Positions 1-8,644 of a stretch of 49,717 bases of DNA are shown in pieces. Under the pieces are notes generated by a model, which saw only the letters and a program-made list of their open reading frames with translations, was not told the DNA's origin and did no database searches. The first letter of the stretch is position 1, and every line of letters starts with the position of its first letter. The stretch spans positions 13,339 through 63,055 of the forward strand of contig JAHDVQ010000006.1 in the NCBI GenBank assembly GCA_023384595.1, written 5' to 3'. The DNA comes from Vicinamibacteraceae bacterium (GTDB taxonomy: Bacteria > Acidobacteriota > Vicinamibacteria > Vicinamibacterales > JAFNAJ01). Both the position numbers and the translations under genes were made by a program.

Positions 1-435
1 CGCGTTGGTCCCGCCGATGGCGTTGGCCGAGCCGTGCATGGTGTGCACGGTCGTGACGCCGCCGGCCAGCGCCCGATAGATCGCCTCGTCGGTGGGGTCG
101 ATGACGTCCTCGACGGCGACCATCGACGACACGGAGATCGATCCCTCGTTGACGCTGCCCTCGACGGCAATGTGGGAGTGGGCGTCGATGAGGCCCGGCA
201 TCAGGAACTGGCCCGTGGCGTCGATGACCGTCGCCCCGGCGGGTGCGTCGAGGTCGCGTCCGACCGCGGCAATCCGGCCATCGCGGATGAGCACCGAACC
301 GCGCTCGATCGTGCCGTTGGTGATCGTCAGCACCGTCGCGTGGCGAATGAGGACGGGCGCCGGAGCCTGGGCCCCCGCCGGGAGGACACCGGCCGTCAGC
401 AGGGCCAGCGTGAGAACAAGGCGTCCCGGGTTCAT
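1..435 (-). CDS. Secreted amidohydrolase-family protein, 5' part (runs off the window edge)
   Basis: Not in the ORF track; translated by hand: MNPGRLVLTLALLTAGVLPAGAQAPAPVLIRHATVLTITNGTIERGSVLIRDGRIAAVG...MPGLIDAHSHIA...ALAGGVTT. Has a signal peptide, an HxH metal motif, a GGAGGAG RBS and an ATGA overlap with the upstream stop. Confidence 0.85.
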   Translation of the reverse strand, partial: MNPGRLVLTLALLTAGVLPAGAQAPAPVLIRHATVLTITNGTIERGSVLIRDGRIAAVGRDLDAPAGATVIDATGQFLMPGLIDAHSHIAVEGSVNEGSISVSSMVAVEDVIDPTDEAIYRALAGGVTTVHTMHGSANAIGGTNA

Positions 436-1838
436 CGTGCTCCTCCTTCCGTCGCGCCCTCGGCCGGGGTCGTGCGCGTCGGCCGGCGGTCGGGCCGCGC
501 GTCGCGACCCTTTTGTCCGGCGCGCGCCTTCACCTCGTGCACCAGCCCGTCGACGAAGACGTGCGTGACGGTGGCGTCCTTGTCGAGCAGGTCGCCCCGG
601 ACGACCACGAGGTTGGCGATCTTGCCGGGCTCGATGGAGCCGAGCCGATCGTCGATGCCGAAGATCTCGGCCGGCGTGAGGGTGAGCGCCCGGACGGCCG
701 TCTCGCGGGACAGCCCGGCCTCGATCGCCCGCCGCACGCCCGCGAGCATGTCGGCGGGCCCGCCGAGTCCGTCCGAGTAGAACGCAAACCGGACGCCAGC
801 CGCGGCCAGTGCGGCCGGCGTCGAGGGGGCCTTGTCGCGCAGGCGGAGGACGCGCAGCGGCTGGTCGGCCTCGGGGTCGGCGTCCCGCCCCGGCTCGGGC
901 CACTTCGCGCTCACGAGCACCGGCACGTCCGCTCGCTCGAGCAGGGGAGCCGCGGCGTAGCCCTCGTGCGCACCGTAGACGCCGACCGAGACCTGCATCT
1001 CGCGTCCGAGCCTCACGGCTCGCGCCACCTGCGCGGCGGTCACCGCCGGCACGAGCGTCAGCCGGCGTGCCGCGCGCGACTCGTGCACGGCGCGCACCGT
1101 GCGGTCGTACTCGGGCCGCGCGCGTCCGCGCGCCCCCTGGGCGTAGGCCTCTTCCGCGGCGGCGGCGTGGTCGGCGTCGAGGTGCACTTGACGGAGGTAC
1201 GAGATGGCGCCCATCAACGACCCGGGGAAGCTCCTGAACCCGCCCCCGGCATCGAAGGTCATGAGGAAGGCGGCCGGCGTGCGCACCACCATTTCGCCCG
1301 CGCGTTCACCCGCGAGGTTGATGACGGCACCCTGTCCCGGGAGCAGGCCTCGCCGGGGCGCCACCATCGCCGTGGTGAACCCGCCGCTGCGCCACGTCTC
1401 GATGCGGGGGTCGTCCGGGCGGAGCGCGTCGGCCGCGTGCTCCCAGGGCGTCGAGGCCGGGCGATCTCCGGGGCCCCGCGCGACGGGCGCCGACGGCGGC
1501 TGAGCGCCGCCGCCAGCGGCGCGCGGCGCGGCGGCGGTCGACGAGGCCGACGCGGGAAGCGCAACCTCGCTGAGCGCGTCGAAGAGTCCCGGGTAGACGG
1601 TCGCGCCGTCTCCGTCGAGACGCCACACGCCCGCGGGGACGGCGACCGACGGACCCACGGCGGAGATGAGGCCGTCGACGACGACCACGGTGCCGCGTTC
1701 GATGACGGGAGCCGACACCGGCACGATGCGAACGTTGGTGAGCGCGAAGCTTCGGGGCGCCTCGGCCGAGGGACGGCTGGTGGCGGTCAGCGCCAGCACG
1801 CCGGCAACCAGGCACACCCGGCGCACGAACGGCAGCAT
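432..1838 (-). CDS. Secreted amidohydrolase-family protein, probably metal-site degenerate
   Basis: ALTNVRIV..IERGTVVVVDGLISAVG N-terminal beta domain and C-terminal PAEIFGIDDRLGSIEPGKIANLVV. PGLFDALSE stands where PGLIDAHSH is expected. ATG at 1838 follows an AGGAG RBS. Confidence 0.85.
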   Translation of the reverse strand: MLPFVRRVCLVAGVLALTATSRPSAEAPRSFALTNVRIVPVSAPVIERGTVVVVDGLISAVGPSVAVPAGVWRLDGDGATVYPGLFDALSEVALPASASSTAAAPRAAGGGAQPPSAPVARGPGDRPASTPWEHAADALRPDDPRIETWRSGGFTTAMVAPRRGLLPGQGAVINLAGERAGEMVVRTPAAFLMTFDAGGGFRSFPGSLMGAISYLRQVHLDADHAAAAEEAYAQGARGRARPEYDRTVRAVHESRAARRLTLVPAVTAAQVARAVRLGREMQVSVGVYGAHEGYAAAPLLERADVPVLVSAKWPEPGRDADPEADQPLRVLRLRDKAPSTPAALAAAGVRFAFYSDGLGGPADMLAGVRRAIEAGLSRETAVRALTLTPAEIFGIDDRLGSIEPGKIANLVVVRGDLLDKDATVTHVFVDGLVHEVKARAGQKGRDARPDRRPTRTTPAEGATEGGAR

Positions 1839-1896
1839 GGGCGGCTCCTTCTGACGGGAGAGGGTCGGAGAGAACACCAGGATCCGGAAGTCCCAG

Positions 1897-1926
1897 ATGC
1901 TAGTGCGGCGTGAAAACGGGTGTCAA
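1897..1926 (-). promoter_or_regulatory. sigma70-type promoter for the amidohydrolase pair
   Basis: Minus strand TTGACA (1926-1921), 18-nt spacer, TAGCAT (1902-1897), about 60 nt upstream of ATG 1838. Confidence 0.65.
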
Positions 1927-2393
1927 GGACGCGTCGTGGTTCGCGCAGCCGTGCGCGCGGGCGCCCCCGGGACTCGAAGCCGGAAGAGATAAATGATCCA
2001 CCACCCGTACCAGAGGATGGCGCCGAGCACGGCGAGCCGCTTCCCGTCAGGCGTGCGGTTGCCGGGGAAGTACGGGGTCGCGATGGTGAGGAGAGCCATC
2101 GCGCACGCGAGAAAGGCCCACACCATCGCCGGGCGGCGTGCCTCGGCCTCGCCGTTCCACAAACGCCGTCCGATGACGATGCCCAGCGCGGCGATGCCGC
2201 CCCGCGCCGCGAGGAGCAGGTAGGCCGGGACGCCGAACTGCGGCAGCCTCGCGAGCGCGCCCGAGGCCGCGAGCCCGAGCAGCAGCGGCTCGACGACGAC
2301 CATCGCGGTGGCGAGGACACGGACGAGGAGCGGCGGCGGCGGGGCTGCCGCGGGCGAGAGAATCGACCCGGGCGCCGGCGGAGGGTCAGGCAC
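1923..2393 (-). CDS. Small integral membrane protein (about 4 TM), function unknown
   Basis: Four hydrophobic segments in ORF 1923..2474. The GTG at 2393 overlaps the DUF362 stop; start is uncertain. Confidence 0.6.
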   Translation of the reverse strand: MPDPPPAPGSILSPAAAPPPPLLVRVLATAMVVVEPLLLGLAASGALARLPQFGVPAYLLLAARGGIAALGIVIGRRLWNGEAEARRPAMVWAFLACAMALLTIATPYFPGNRTPDGKRLAVLGAILWYGWWIIYLFRLRVPGAPARTAARTTTRP

Positions 2394-3675
2394 GCGGGTT
2401 GGAGGGGCTCGCGACTTTCCGGTGCCGGTTGGCGAACTCCGGCGCCTCGCGCACGCAGGTGCCGAGAATGCCAATCGACTTCCGCAGCGCCCTCATTCCG
2501 GCCAGCTGCAGTTCCGCGGCCTGGTCGCCGACCTCGGCAAAGCCGTCGTCGGTGGGCGAGAGGTGCTCCCAGTTGCGGAACAGGCGTCCCCACTCGCTGT
2601 CGAGCGCCTGCTGCATCATCCGCTTCGCCTTCACGGGATACCAGAAGCTGTCGTGGTAGACGACGCTCGCCATGTACGCCCAGGGGGCGAGCACCGTCTT
2701 GAGCGACCACTCGATCGGCTTCTTGAGCGGGCCCCAATAGATCTTGTGCTGCATGCGCGAGGCGAACGTCATCTCGCGGAACGGCCCGACGAAGTTCCAG
2801 TTCTCGCTGGCGGCCGAGTGATCGCCCACGATCTCGATCTGGCGCGGATCGCCGCAACCGAGGCCCATGTCGTGGGCGAGGCGGATGAACCTGATCGACA
2901 GCGGATCGAAGCCCATGAGCTTGGCGGCCACCGCATCGATGGCCACTTGGTCGGCCGACGCGAGGATGACGTTCTTCACGTGCGGCATCATGCAGCGCGG
3001 CCCCGGTCCGTCACCGGCGAAGGTGCCGTCCATCACGGCGAAGACCCCCCGGTGGATCTTCTTCTGGATCATCAGCAGGTCCACGAGCGTTTCGTGGATG
3101 ACCGGATGCGTCCAGTGGCGGTGCTCGTTGAGCAGCCCCCCGAAGGCGTTCTTCATCGCGCCGGTCGTCGTCGTGAAGACGTGGGTCTTCACCGTCGGCA
3201 GGTGGATGATGTTCTCGCCCACGAAGCGCCGGGGGATCATGAAGCCCTTGGGATAGACCTCGTTGAGGCAGAGGAACTGCTTCGCGAGATCGCCTACCGC
3301 GTCGCGGATGGGCAGCCACTCCTCGCCCTCGTAGATGTGCACGTTGCGCAGGCCGTGCGCCTCCACGACGTGCACCTGCTTGTTCTCGCGCTCGCCCAGA
3401 CGCGCGTCGATGACCACCGTGCGGTTGTGACAGGCGTGCAGCAGGTCCGGCGAGTAGCCGTCGCGCTTCATCGCCCGGATCACCCCCTCGAGCTGCCATG
3501 GCGTCGTGGAACTGCTCGGGAAGAAGAAATGCCAGGAGATGTTGACCTTGAGGGCCGTATCGGCGTCCTTCGCGATGACGTCCTGGTAGCCGGCCAGGTT
3601 CATCAGCGTGTGGTAATCGCGCAGGACGGTCTGCGGGCTGGTCCGCAGGATGGCGACGGTGGACTTGTTGGACAT
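2386..3675 (-). CDS. DUF362 domain-containing protein (putative Fe-S protein)
   Basis: LKVNISW, TTPWQLEG, IIHLPTVKTH..TTTGAMKNAFG, DGTFAGDGPGP and ILASADQVAIDAVAAKLMGFDP match the DUF362 pattern. Confidence 0.8.
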   Translation of the reverse strand: MSNKSTVAILRTSPQTVLRDYHTLMNLAGYQDVIAKDADTALKVNISWHFFFPSSSTTPWQLEGVIRAMKRDGYSPDLLHACHNRTVVIDARLGERENKQVHVVEAHGLRNVHIYEGEEWLPIRDAVGDLAKQFLCLNEVYPKGFMIPRRFVGENIIHLPTVKTHVFTTTTGAMKNAFGGLLNEHRHWTHPVIHETLVDLLMIQKKIHRGVFAVMDGTFAGDGPGPRCMMPHVKNVILASADQVAIDAVAAKLMGFDPLSIRFIRLAHDMGLGCGDPRQIEIVGDHSAASENWNFVGPFREMTFASRMQHKIYWGPLKKPIEWSLKTVLAPWAYMASVVYHDSFWYPVKAKRMMQQALDSEWGRLFRNWEHLSPTDDGFAEVGDQAAELQLAGMRALRKSIGILGTCVREAPEFANRHRKVASPSNPRA

Positions 3676-3704
3676 GGGGGCTCTGAATCGGTCCTCTCTG
3701 AGAA

Positions 3705-3722
3705 GCCGGCCCGAAGGCCGGC
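3705..3722 (-). terminator. Stem-loop with C(UUCG)G tetraloop after the M28 peptidase gene
   Basis: Minus strand GCCGGCC-TTCG-GGCCGGC followed by TTCTC (weak U tract), about 20 nt after the stop at 3742. Confidence 0.5.
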
Positions 3723-3741
3723 GTCGTTGGCCCTGCCGCGA

Positions 3742-5400
3742 TCAGCGGCGCGGCGCCGGCGTGGGGGCCGGCGTGGTCGGCGCCGCCGGCGTCGGAGCTG
3801 GTTGTTCCGGCGTGCCGGCCGGCTTCGGCATGGTCTCGCTCGTGAAGCGCGGGAGCCGCTCCTCGCGCGAGGCCAGGTGATGCACGGCCGCCGCGACGAC
3901 GATCGTGGACTTCACCGTGTCCTCGGGCACGATGCGTTCGTAGGTGTCGAGGTTGGTGTGCCAGGTATGGCTCCCGTACTCGATGGGATCGACGCTGATG
4001 CCGATGCCCGCGAGTCCGGCCGCGTTGAACGACGAGTGGTCGGAGCCGCCGTGCCGGCGGCTGGTCGTCGCCATCGCGCCCGCCACGCCGAGGTCCGCGA
4101 AGGGCGCCGTGGCCTCGCGCACGACGGCGGCCGCCTCGGGCGGACCGAACACCGAGAACCCGCGGATACGGCCGGTCCCGGTGTCGAGGTTGAAATAGGC
4201 CACGAACGTCTCGAACCCGGGTTCCGGCTTCTCGAAGCTGCCGAGGTGCTGCTGCACGTAGGCCTTGGAGCCGAGCAGACCCTGCTCCTCGCCGCCCCAC
4301 AGCGCCAGCCTGATGGTGCGGCGCGGCGTCACGCCGAGCGCCTTGAGCACCCGCACGGCCTCGATCATCACCGCGACGCCGATGGCGTTGTCCGTGGCGC
4401 CGGTCGCGGCATGCCACGAGTCGAGGTGCCCGCCGAGCATCACGATCTCGTCGGCCTTGTCGGTGCCCTTCCAGTCGGCGATCACGTTGTACTGCGTGGC
4501 GCCCTCGGGGTGCGTCCGGTTGGCGATGTCGACGGTGAGCGAGACCGGCGTGCCGCGCAGCCCGAGCCGCCAGATGCGGCCGTAGTCCTCGTTGCGCAGG
4601 ACCACGGTGGGCGGCGCCTTGGCGAGGTCGAAGGTCCGGTTGTTGAAGGCGCGAACCTGCCCGTGCTCGCGGCCGGCGTCGTTGACCCGCGCCAGCGCGC
4701 GCTCGGCGACGAGCAGCGCGTCGATGGCCTCGTTCAGTTGCTGCGGCGTGAGCACGCCTTCGGGCGCCTGCGCCTGAGCCGCGCGTCGGGCCATGGCCGC
4801 AAACGGCGAGGGCGCGGGGTTCACGGGGTCGTACTGGGCCCGCAGCTCGGTGTCGTCGCGCCGCTTGGTCGGCACGGCGAATGAGACGGCGACCGTGGCG
4901 GGCTCGCCCACGAAGACGATGCGCCCGGCCAGCCGGCCTCGCTGCCCGGCCGCCCAGGCGTCGAATTCCGCCTGCGTGGGCTTCGCCGGCGGCGTGAGCC
5001 GCACCACTTCGCCGCTCGCCGGCCCGTTGGTGCCAGGCGTCCAGGCGAGCACCTCGCCCACGAGGGCGTCGGCGACCGGCGCGGTCATGTGCATCGAGAA
5101 CCGCTCGTTCGTCCAGCCGGGGTGCCCGAAGTCCCAGGGCTCGAGGCGCGCGTCGAGCCCCATCGCGCGCAGTTCGTCCGCCGCCCACTCGGCGGCCGCC
5201 TTGAAGTTGGGCGAGCCGGTCAGGCGGGGACCGAAGCGGTCGGTCAGGACGTGCAGCGTCTCCATGACCGTCGACTGTTCGGTCGCATACTGCCGGATCT
5301 TCCACTGGAGGTCGGCGTCGACCCGCTCGTCGGCCGCGGCCGGCACGGCCAGCAGCATCAGGAGCGGAAGGGCGGAGCACAACGAGGACGGAAGGCGCAT
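3742..5400 (-). CDS. M28 family metallopeptidase (carboxypeptidase Q-like), secreted
   Basis: Signal peptide, GPRLTGS, GGHLDSW, GATDNA, WGGEEQGLLGS, NLD, GSDH, WHTNLDT and a Pro/Thr-rich tail. GAGGAG RBS before ATG 5400. Confidence 0.9.
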   Translation of the reverse strand: MRLPSSLCSALPLLMLLAVPAAADERVDADLQWKIRQYATEQSTVMETLHVLTDRFGPRLTGSPNFKAAAEWAADELRAMGLDARLEPWDFGHPGWTNERFSMHMTAPVADALVGEVLAWTPGTNGPASGEVVRLTPPAKPTQAEFDAWAAGQRGRLAGRIVFVGEPATVAVSFAVPTKRRDDTELRAQYDPVNPAPSPFAAMARRAAQAQAPEGVLTPQQLNEAIDALLVAERALARVNDAGREHGQVRAFNNRTFDLAKAPPTVVLRNEDYGRIWRLGLRGTPVSLTVDIANRTHPEGATQYNVIADWKGTDKADEIVMLGGHLDSWHAATGATDNAIGVAVMIEAVRVLKALGVTPRRTIRLALWGGEEQGLLGSKAYVQQHLGSFEKPEPGFETFVAYFNLDTGTGRIRGFSVFGPPEAAAVVREATAPFADLGVAGAMATTSRRHGGSDHSSFNAAGLAGIGISVDPIEYGSHTWHTNLDTYERIVPEDTVKSTIVVAAAVHHLASREERLPRFTSETMPKPAGTPEQPAPTPAAPTTPAPTPAPRR

Positions 5401-5440
5401 AGGACTCCTCGGCGCGGGGGCCGGCGGGGACGGACTTTTC

Positions 5441-5448
5441 ATTATACT
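5441..5448. promoter_or_regulatory. Overlapping divergent -10 elements
   Basis: TATACT on plus (5443-5448) and TATAAT on minus (5446-5441) in the only AT-rich patch between the divergent genes. Confidence 0.55.
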
Positions 5449-5497
5449 GACCGCGATGGGCCGGGCAGCCCGTCCTGGACCCTGGAAAGGAGTCACC

Positions 5498-6409
5498 ATG
5501 GTTTCGCGTCGGGATTTCCTGGAGGTCGTGTCGGTTGCTGGAGTGGGGCTCGTTCTCGTGCCCAGGCTCGGCTGGTCGCAGGCGGCCACGGCACCGGCCA
5601 CGACCTTCACCGACATCCGCGGAGGCGTCGGCCTGTTCGAGGGGCGCGGGGGCACCATCGGCTGGTACGCCAGCAAGGATGCGCTGGTGGTCGTCGACTC
5701 ACAGTTCCCCGACACGGCGCGAATCTGCCTCGACGGGCTGCGCCAGAAGTCCGGGCGAGGCGTCGACCTGCTGGTCAACACGCACCATCATGGCGATCAC
5801 ACGGCCGGCAACAAGACGCTGAAGGAGGCGGCCACACGCGTCCTCGCCCACGCGAACGTGCCAGGCCTCCAGCGCCGCGCCGCCGAGGAGGCGAAGACGC
5901 TCGACGCGCAGGTCTACGCCGATCGCACCTTCACCGACGTCTGGCGCGAGGACATCGGCGGCGAGACCCTGCGCGCCCAGTACTACGGGCCGGCACACAC
6001 CAGCGGCGACGCGGTGGTGACCTTCGAGAAGGCGAACGTCGCGCACATGGGCGACCTCGTCTTCAACCGGGTCTTTCCCTTCATCGACCGCAAGAGCGGG
6101 GCGTCGATCGCCAACTGGATCGTCGTGCTCGAGAAGACCGTCGCGGCGCACGTTCAGGACACGCAGTACATCTTCGGCCACGGCGCGAGCATCAGGGGCG
6201 GGCGCGCCGACGTGCTCGCGCAGCGCGACTTCATGACGGCCCTGCTCGAGACCGTGCGCAAGGCCCACTCCGCCGGCGAGTCGAAGGCCGAGGTGCAGAA
6301 GCGGAGCGCCGTCCCCGGGTTCGACACCTGGAAGCCGCTCGGCACCTTCGTCAACGCGGCGAGCCTCTTCGGTACCGCGTATGACGAGGTGGCGGGCGCC
6401 CCGCGCTGA
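5498..6409 (+). CDS. Tat-exported MBL-fold metallo-hydrolase (cyclase-like)
   Basis: SRRDFL twin-arginine motif, NTHHHGDH, AHTSGD, HMGDL and FGHG. AAGGAG RBS before ATG 5498. Confidence 0.88.
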   Translation: MVSRRDFLEVVSVAGVGLVLVPRLGWSQAATAPATTFTDIRGGVGLFEGRGGTIGWYASKDALVVVDSQFPDTARICLDGLRQKSGRGVDLLVNTHHHGDHTAGNKTLKEAATRVLAHANVPGLQRRAAEEAKTLDAQVYADRTFTDVWREDIGGETLRAQYYGPAHTSGDAVVTFEKANVAHMGDLVFNRVFPFIDRKSGASIANWIVVLEKTVAAHVQDTQYIFGHGASIRGGRADVLAQRDFMTALLETVRKAHSAGESKAEVQKRSAVPGFDTWKPLGTFVNAASLFGTAYDEVAGAPR

Positions 6410-6426
6410 AGCCGCACTTGACGTGC

Positions 6427-6460
6427 AGGGCGGGCGCGTGCGGAGTGCACGCCCCGCCCT
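6427..6460. terminator. GC-rich hairpin between the convergent MBL and MATE genes
   Basis: AGGGCGGG-c-GCGTGC / GGAGT loop / GCACGC-CCCGCCCT forms a 14-bp stem with one bulge. No U tract. Confidence 0.45.
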
Positions 6461-6485
6461 CGGTCCTATCGTTCGGGGCCCGCGG

Positions 6486-7901
6486 TCACGCGACGAAGGC
6501 CTCGACGGCCCCGCCGCGCAGCACTCTGCCGCGCCGCGCCCAGGTGGCCACGAGCACCGCGCCCACGAGAATCAGCCCGATCGACAGGCCGATCCACAGC
6601 CCCAGGACGCCGAATCCAAGCGGAAAACACAGCAGGTAGCCGACCGGGAAGCCCACGGCCCAGTGCGCGACGAGATTCCACCGCATGGGCGTCTGGGTGT
6701 CGCCGATTCCGCGGAGCACCCCCGTGGCGACGCCCTGCAGGCCGTCGAAGAGCTGGAACACGGCGGCCACGGCCAGCAGACGCGCGCCGAGCCAGATCAG
6801 GGCGCCGTCGTCGGTGAAGACGCCCAGGAGGAGCCGGGGCGCCGCGACGAAGATGACGGCGACGCCCAGCATGAAGGCCGCGATGGTGCCGAGCGCCACC
6901 CAGCCGGCGCGGGCCGCCGCCTCGCCGGATCGCGCGCCGACGGCCTGACCCACGAGCACCGCGCCGGCCGACGCCATCCCGAGCGGCACCATGAAGGTGA
7001 AGGCCGCGATGTTGAGGGCGATCTGGTGCGCGGCGAGCGACACGGCATCGAGATACCCCGCGAGCGCGGTCGCCGCGGCGAAGACGCCGACCTCGAGCGT
7101 GATCTGAGTCGCGGCGGGCAGGCCGATGGCGAAGAGCCGACGGAGGCGTGCCCACTCGATGCGCCACGACACCTCGGCCAGCGACGGCCGCTCGCGCCGG
7201 TTGACGTGCCAGACGGCTGCCGCCAGCACGGCGGCCATGTAGGCCCGCGAGATGAGGGTGGCCCACGCCGCGCCGGCGACGCCGAGCGGCGGCAGCCCGA
7301 AGTGCCCGTAGATGAGCGCGTAGTTGGCAGCCGCGTTCACCAGGTTCGCCGAGACGAGCGCGAAGGTCACCGGGCGCACGAGCGACATGCCCTGCAGATA
7401 ACGCCGCTCGGCCGCGTACGCGATGAGCGGGACGAGGCTCCACTGCAGCACGGCGAGGTACGGCACGACGAGCACCCTGACCTCGGGGGTCAGTCCGGAA
7501 TGCGGCAGCCAGGCGACCAGCAGCCAGACCAGGCCCGCGAGTGGAAGCGCGACCAGCCCGCCGAGCACGAGGCCGTGCAGCAGCCAGCGGTGGCACTCGC
7601 CGCGCTGGCCCGCACCGAAGTGTTGCGAGACCAGCGTGTCGAGTCCGAGCAGCAGGCCCATGGCGAAGATCGCCACCGCCATGAACGCGCTGCTCCCCAG
7701 GCCCACCGCCCCGATGGCTGCGGGTCCGAGAGGGCCGACCATCACCGTGTCGACGAGCCCCATCGACATCCAGCCGAGCTCCGCCACGACGACCGGCAGC
7801 GCCAGGCGGATCAGCCGCCGGAAGGTCTCACGATAGTCGGCGCGGCTGCCGCCCGCCCGGACTCGCGATCGCCACGTCGCCCACCACCCCGAGACGGTCA
7901 T
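6486..7901 (-). CDS. MATE family efflux transporter (NorM-like)
   Basis: LALPVV..MGLVDTVMVG.LG, LDTLVSQHFGAG, IGLP...LEVGVF, LAAHQIALN, FQLFDGLQ..GVLRGIGDT; about 12 TM. Confidence 0.93.
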   Translation of the reverse strand: MTVSGWWATWRSRVRAGGSRADYRETFRRLIRLALPVVVAELGWMSMGLVDTVMVGPLGPAAIGAVGLGSSAFMAVAIFAMGLLLGLDTLVSQHFGAGQRGECHRWLLHGLVLGGLVALPLAGLVWLLVAWLPHSGLTPEVRVLVVPYLAVLQWSLVPLIAYAAERRYLQGMSLVRPVTFALVSANLVNAAANYALIYGHFGLPPLGVAGAAWATLISRAYMAAVLAAAVWHVNRRERPSLAEVSWRIEWARLRRLFAIGLPAATQITLEVGVFAAATALAGYLDAVSLAAHQIALNIAAFTFMVPLGMASAGAVLVGQAVGARSGEAAARAGWVALGTIAAFMLGVAVIFVAAPRLLLGVFTDDGALIWLGARLLAVAAVFQLFDGLQGVATGVLRGIGDTQTPMRWNLVAHWAVGFPVGYLLCFPLGFGVLGLWIGLSIGLILVGAVLVATWARRGRVLRGGAVEAFVA

Positions 7902-7963
7902 CCGGTCATCCTAACTCTGGCCGGGTTTGATAGCATGCGGCCATCACGAAGAAGGAGAGACGC

Positions 7964-8644
7964 GTGGCGACGAGCGCAGCAGTGTCCATCGAATCGGCGG
8001 CCGGCGTGTCGGAAGGCTACCTGGTGCGGCCCGGCGGCGGGCGGCCGGGCATCGTCGTCGTCCAGGAGTGGTGGGGCATCGTGCCGCACGTAAAGGACGT
8101 CGCGGCGCGGTTCGCGGCGCAGGGGTACGTGGCGCTGGCGCCGGATCTGTATCACGGCACGTCCACGGTCGATGCCGAGGAGGCCTCGCACCTGATGGAG
8201 GGACTCGACTGGGGCCGTGCCGTCGACGAGATCGCCGGCGCGGCCCGGTACCTGCGCGACACCGAAGGGTGCGATCGCGTCGGGATCGTCGGGTTCTGCA
8301 TGGGCGGCGCCCTGGCCGTCCTCGCGGCGGCCCGTCAGGGATGCGACGCCTTCGTCTCGTTCTACGGGTTTCCGCCGGCGGCCGCGGGAGACCTGGCCGG
8401 CATCACCGCGCCTGGGCTCATCTTCTTCGGCGAGCACGAGGAGTACTTCTCCGTGCCGGAGACCGAGGCCTTCGTGGCCCGCCAGCGCGCCGCGGGCCGG
8501 GAGGCGGATCTCGTGCTGTATCCCGATGCGGGTCACGCGTTCTTCAACGACGATCGGCCAGAAGTCTTCACGCCTCATGCGGCCAACGACGCGTGGCGCC
8601 GGACGCTGGCCCACTTCGGGCGGCATCTTCGGACCGAAGCATGA
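7964..8644 (+). CDS. Dienelactone hydrolase family protein
   Basis: VVQEWWG, ALAPDLY, GFCMGG nucleophile and YPDAGHAFFND. GTG start after GAAGGAG. Confidence 0.92.
   Translation: MATSAAVSIESAAGVSEGYLVRPGGGRPGIVVVQEWWGIVPHVKDVAARFAAQGYVALAPDLYHGTSTVDAEEASHLMEGLDWGRAVDEIAGAARYLRDTEGCDRVGIVGFCMGGALAVLAAARQGCDAFVSFYGFPPAAAGDLAGITAPGLIFFGEHEEYFSVPETEAFVARQRAAGREADLVLYPDAGHAFFNDDRPEVFTPHAANDAWRRTLAHFGRHLRTEA

Noticed and set aside
7927-8640. Apparent 238-aa N-terminal extension of the aconitase-family ORF (possible fusion or frameshift with the hydrolase)
   Set aside because: It is the off-frame reading of the hydrolase gene. ATG 8641 overlaps the hydrolase stop cleanly.
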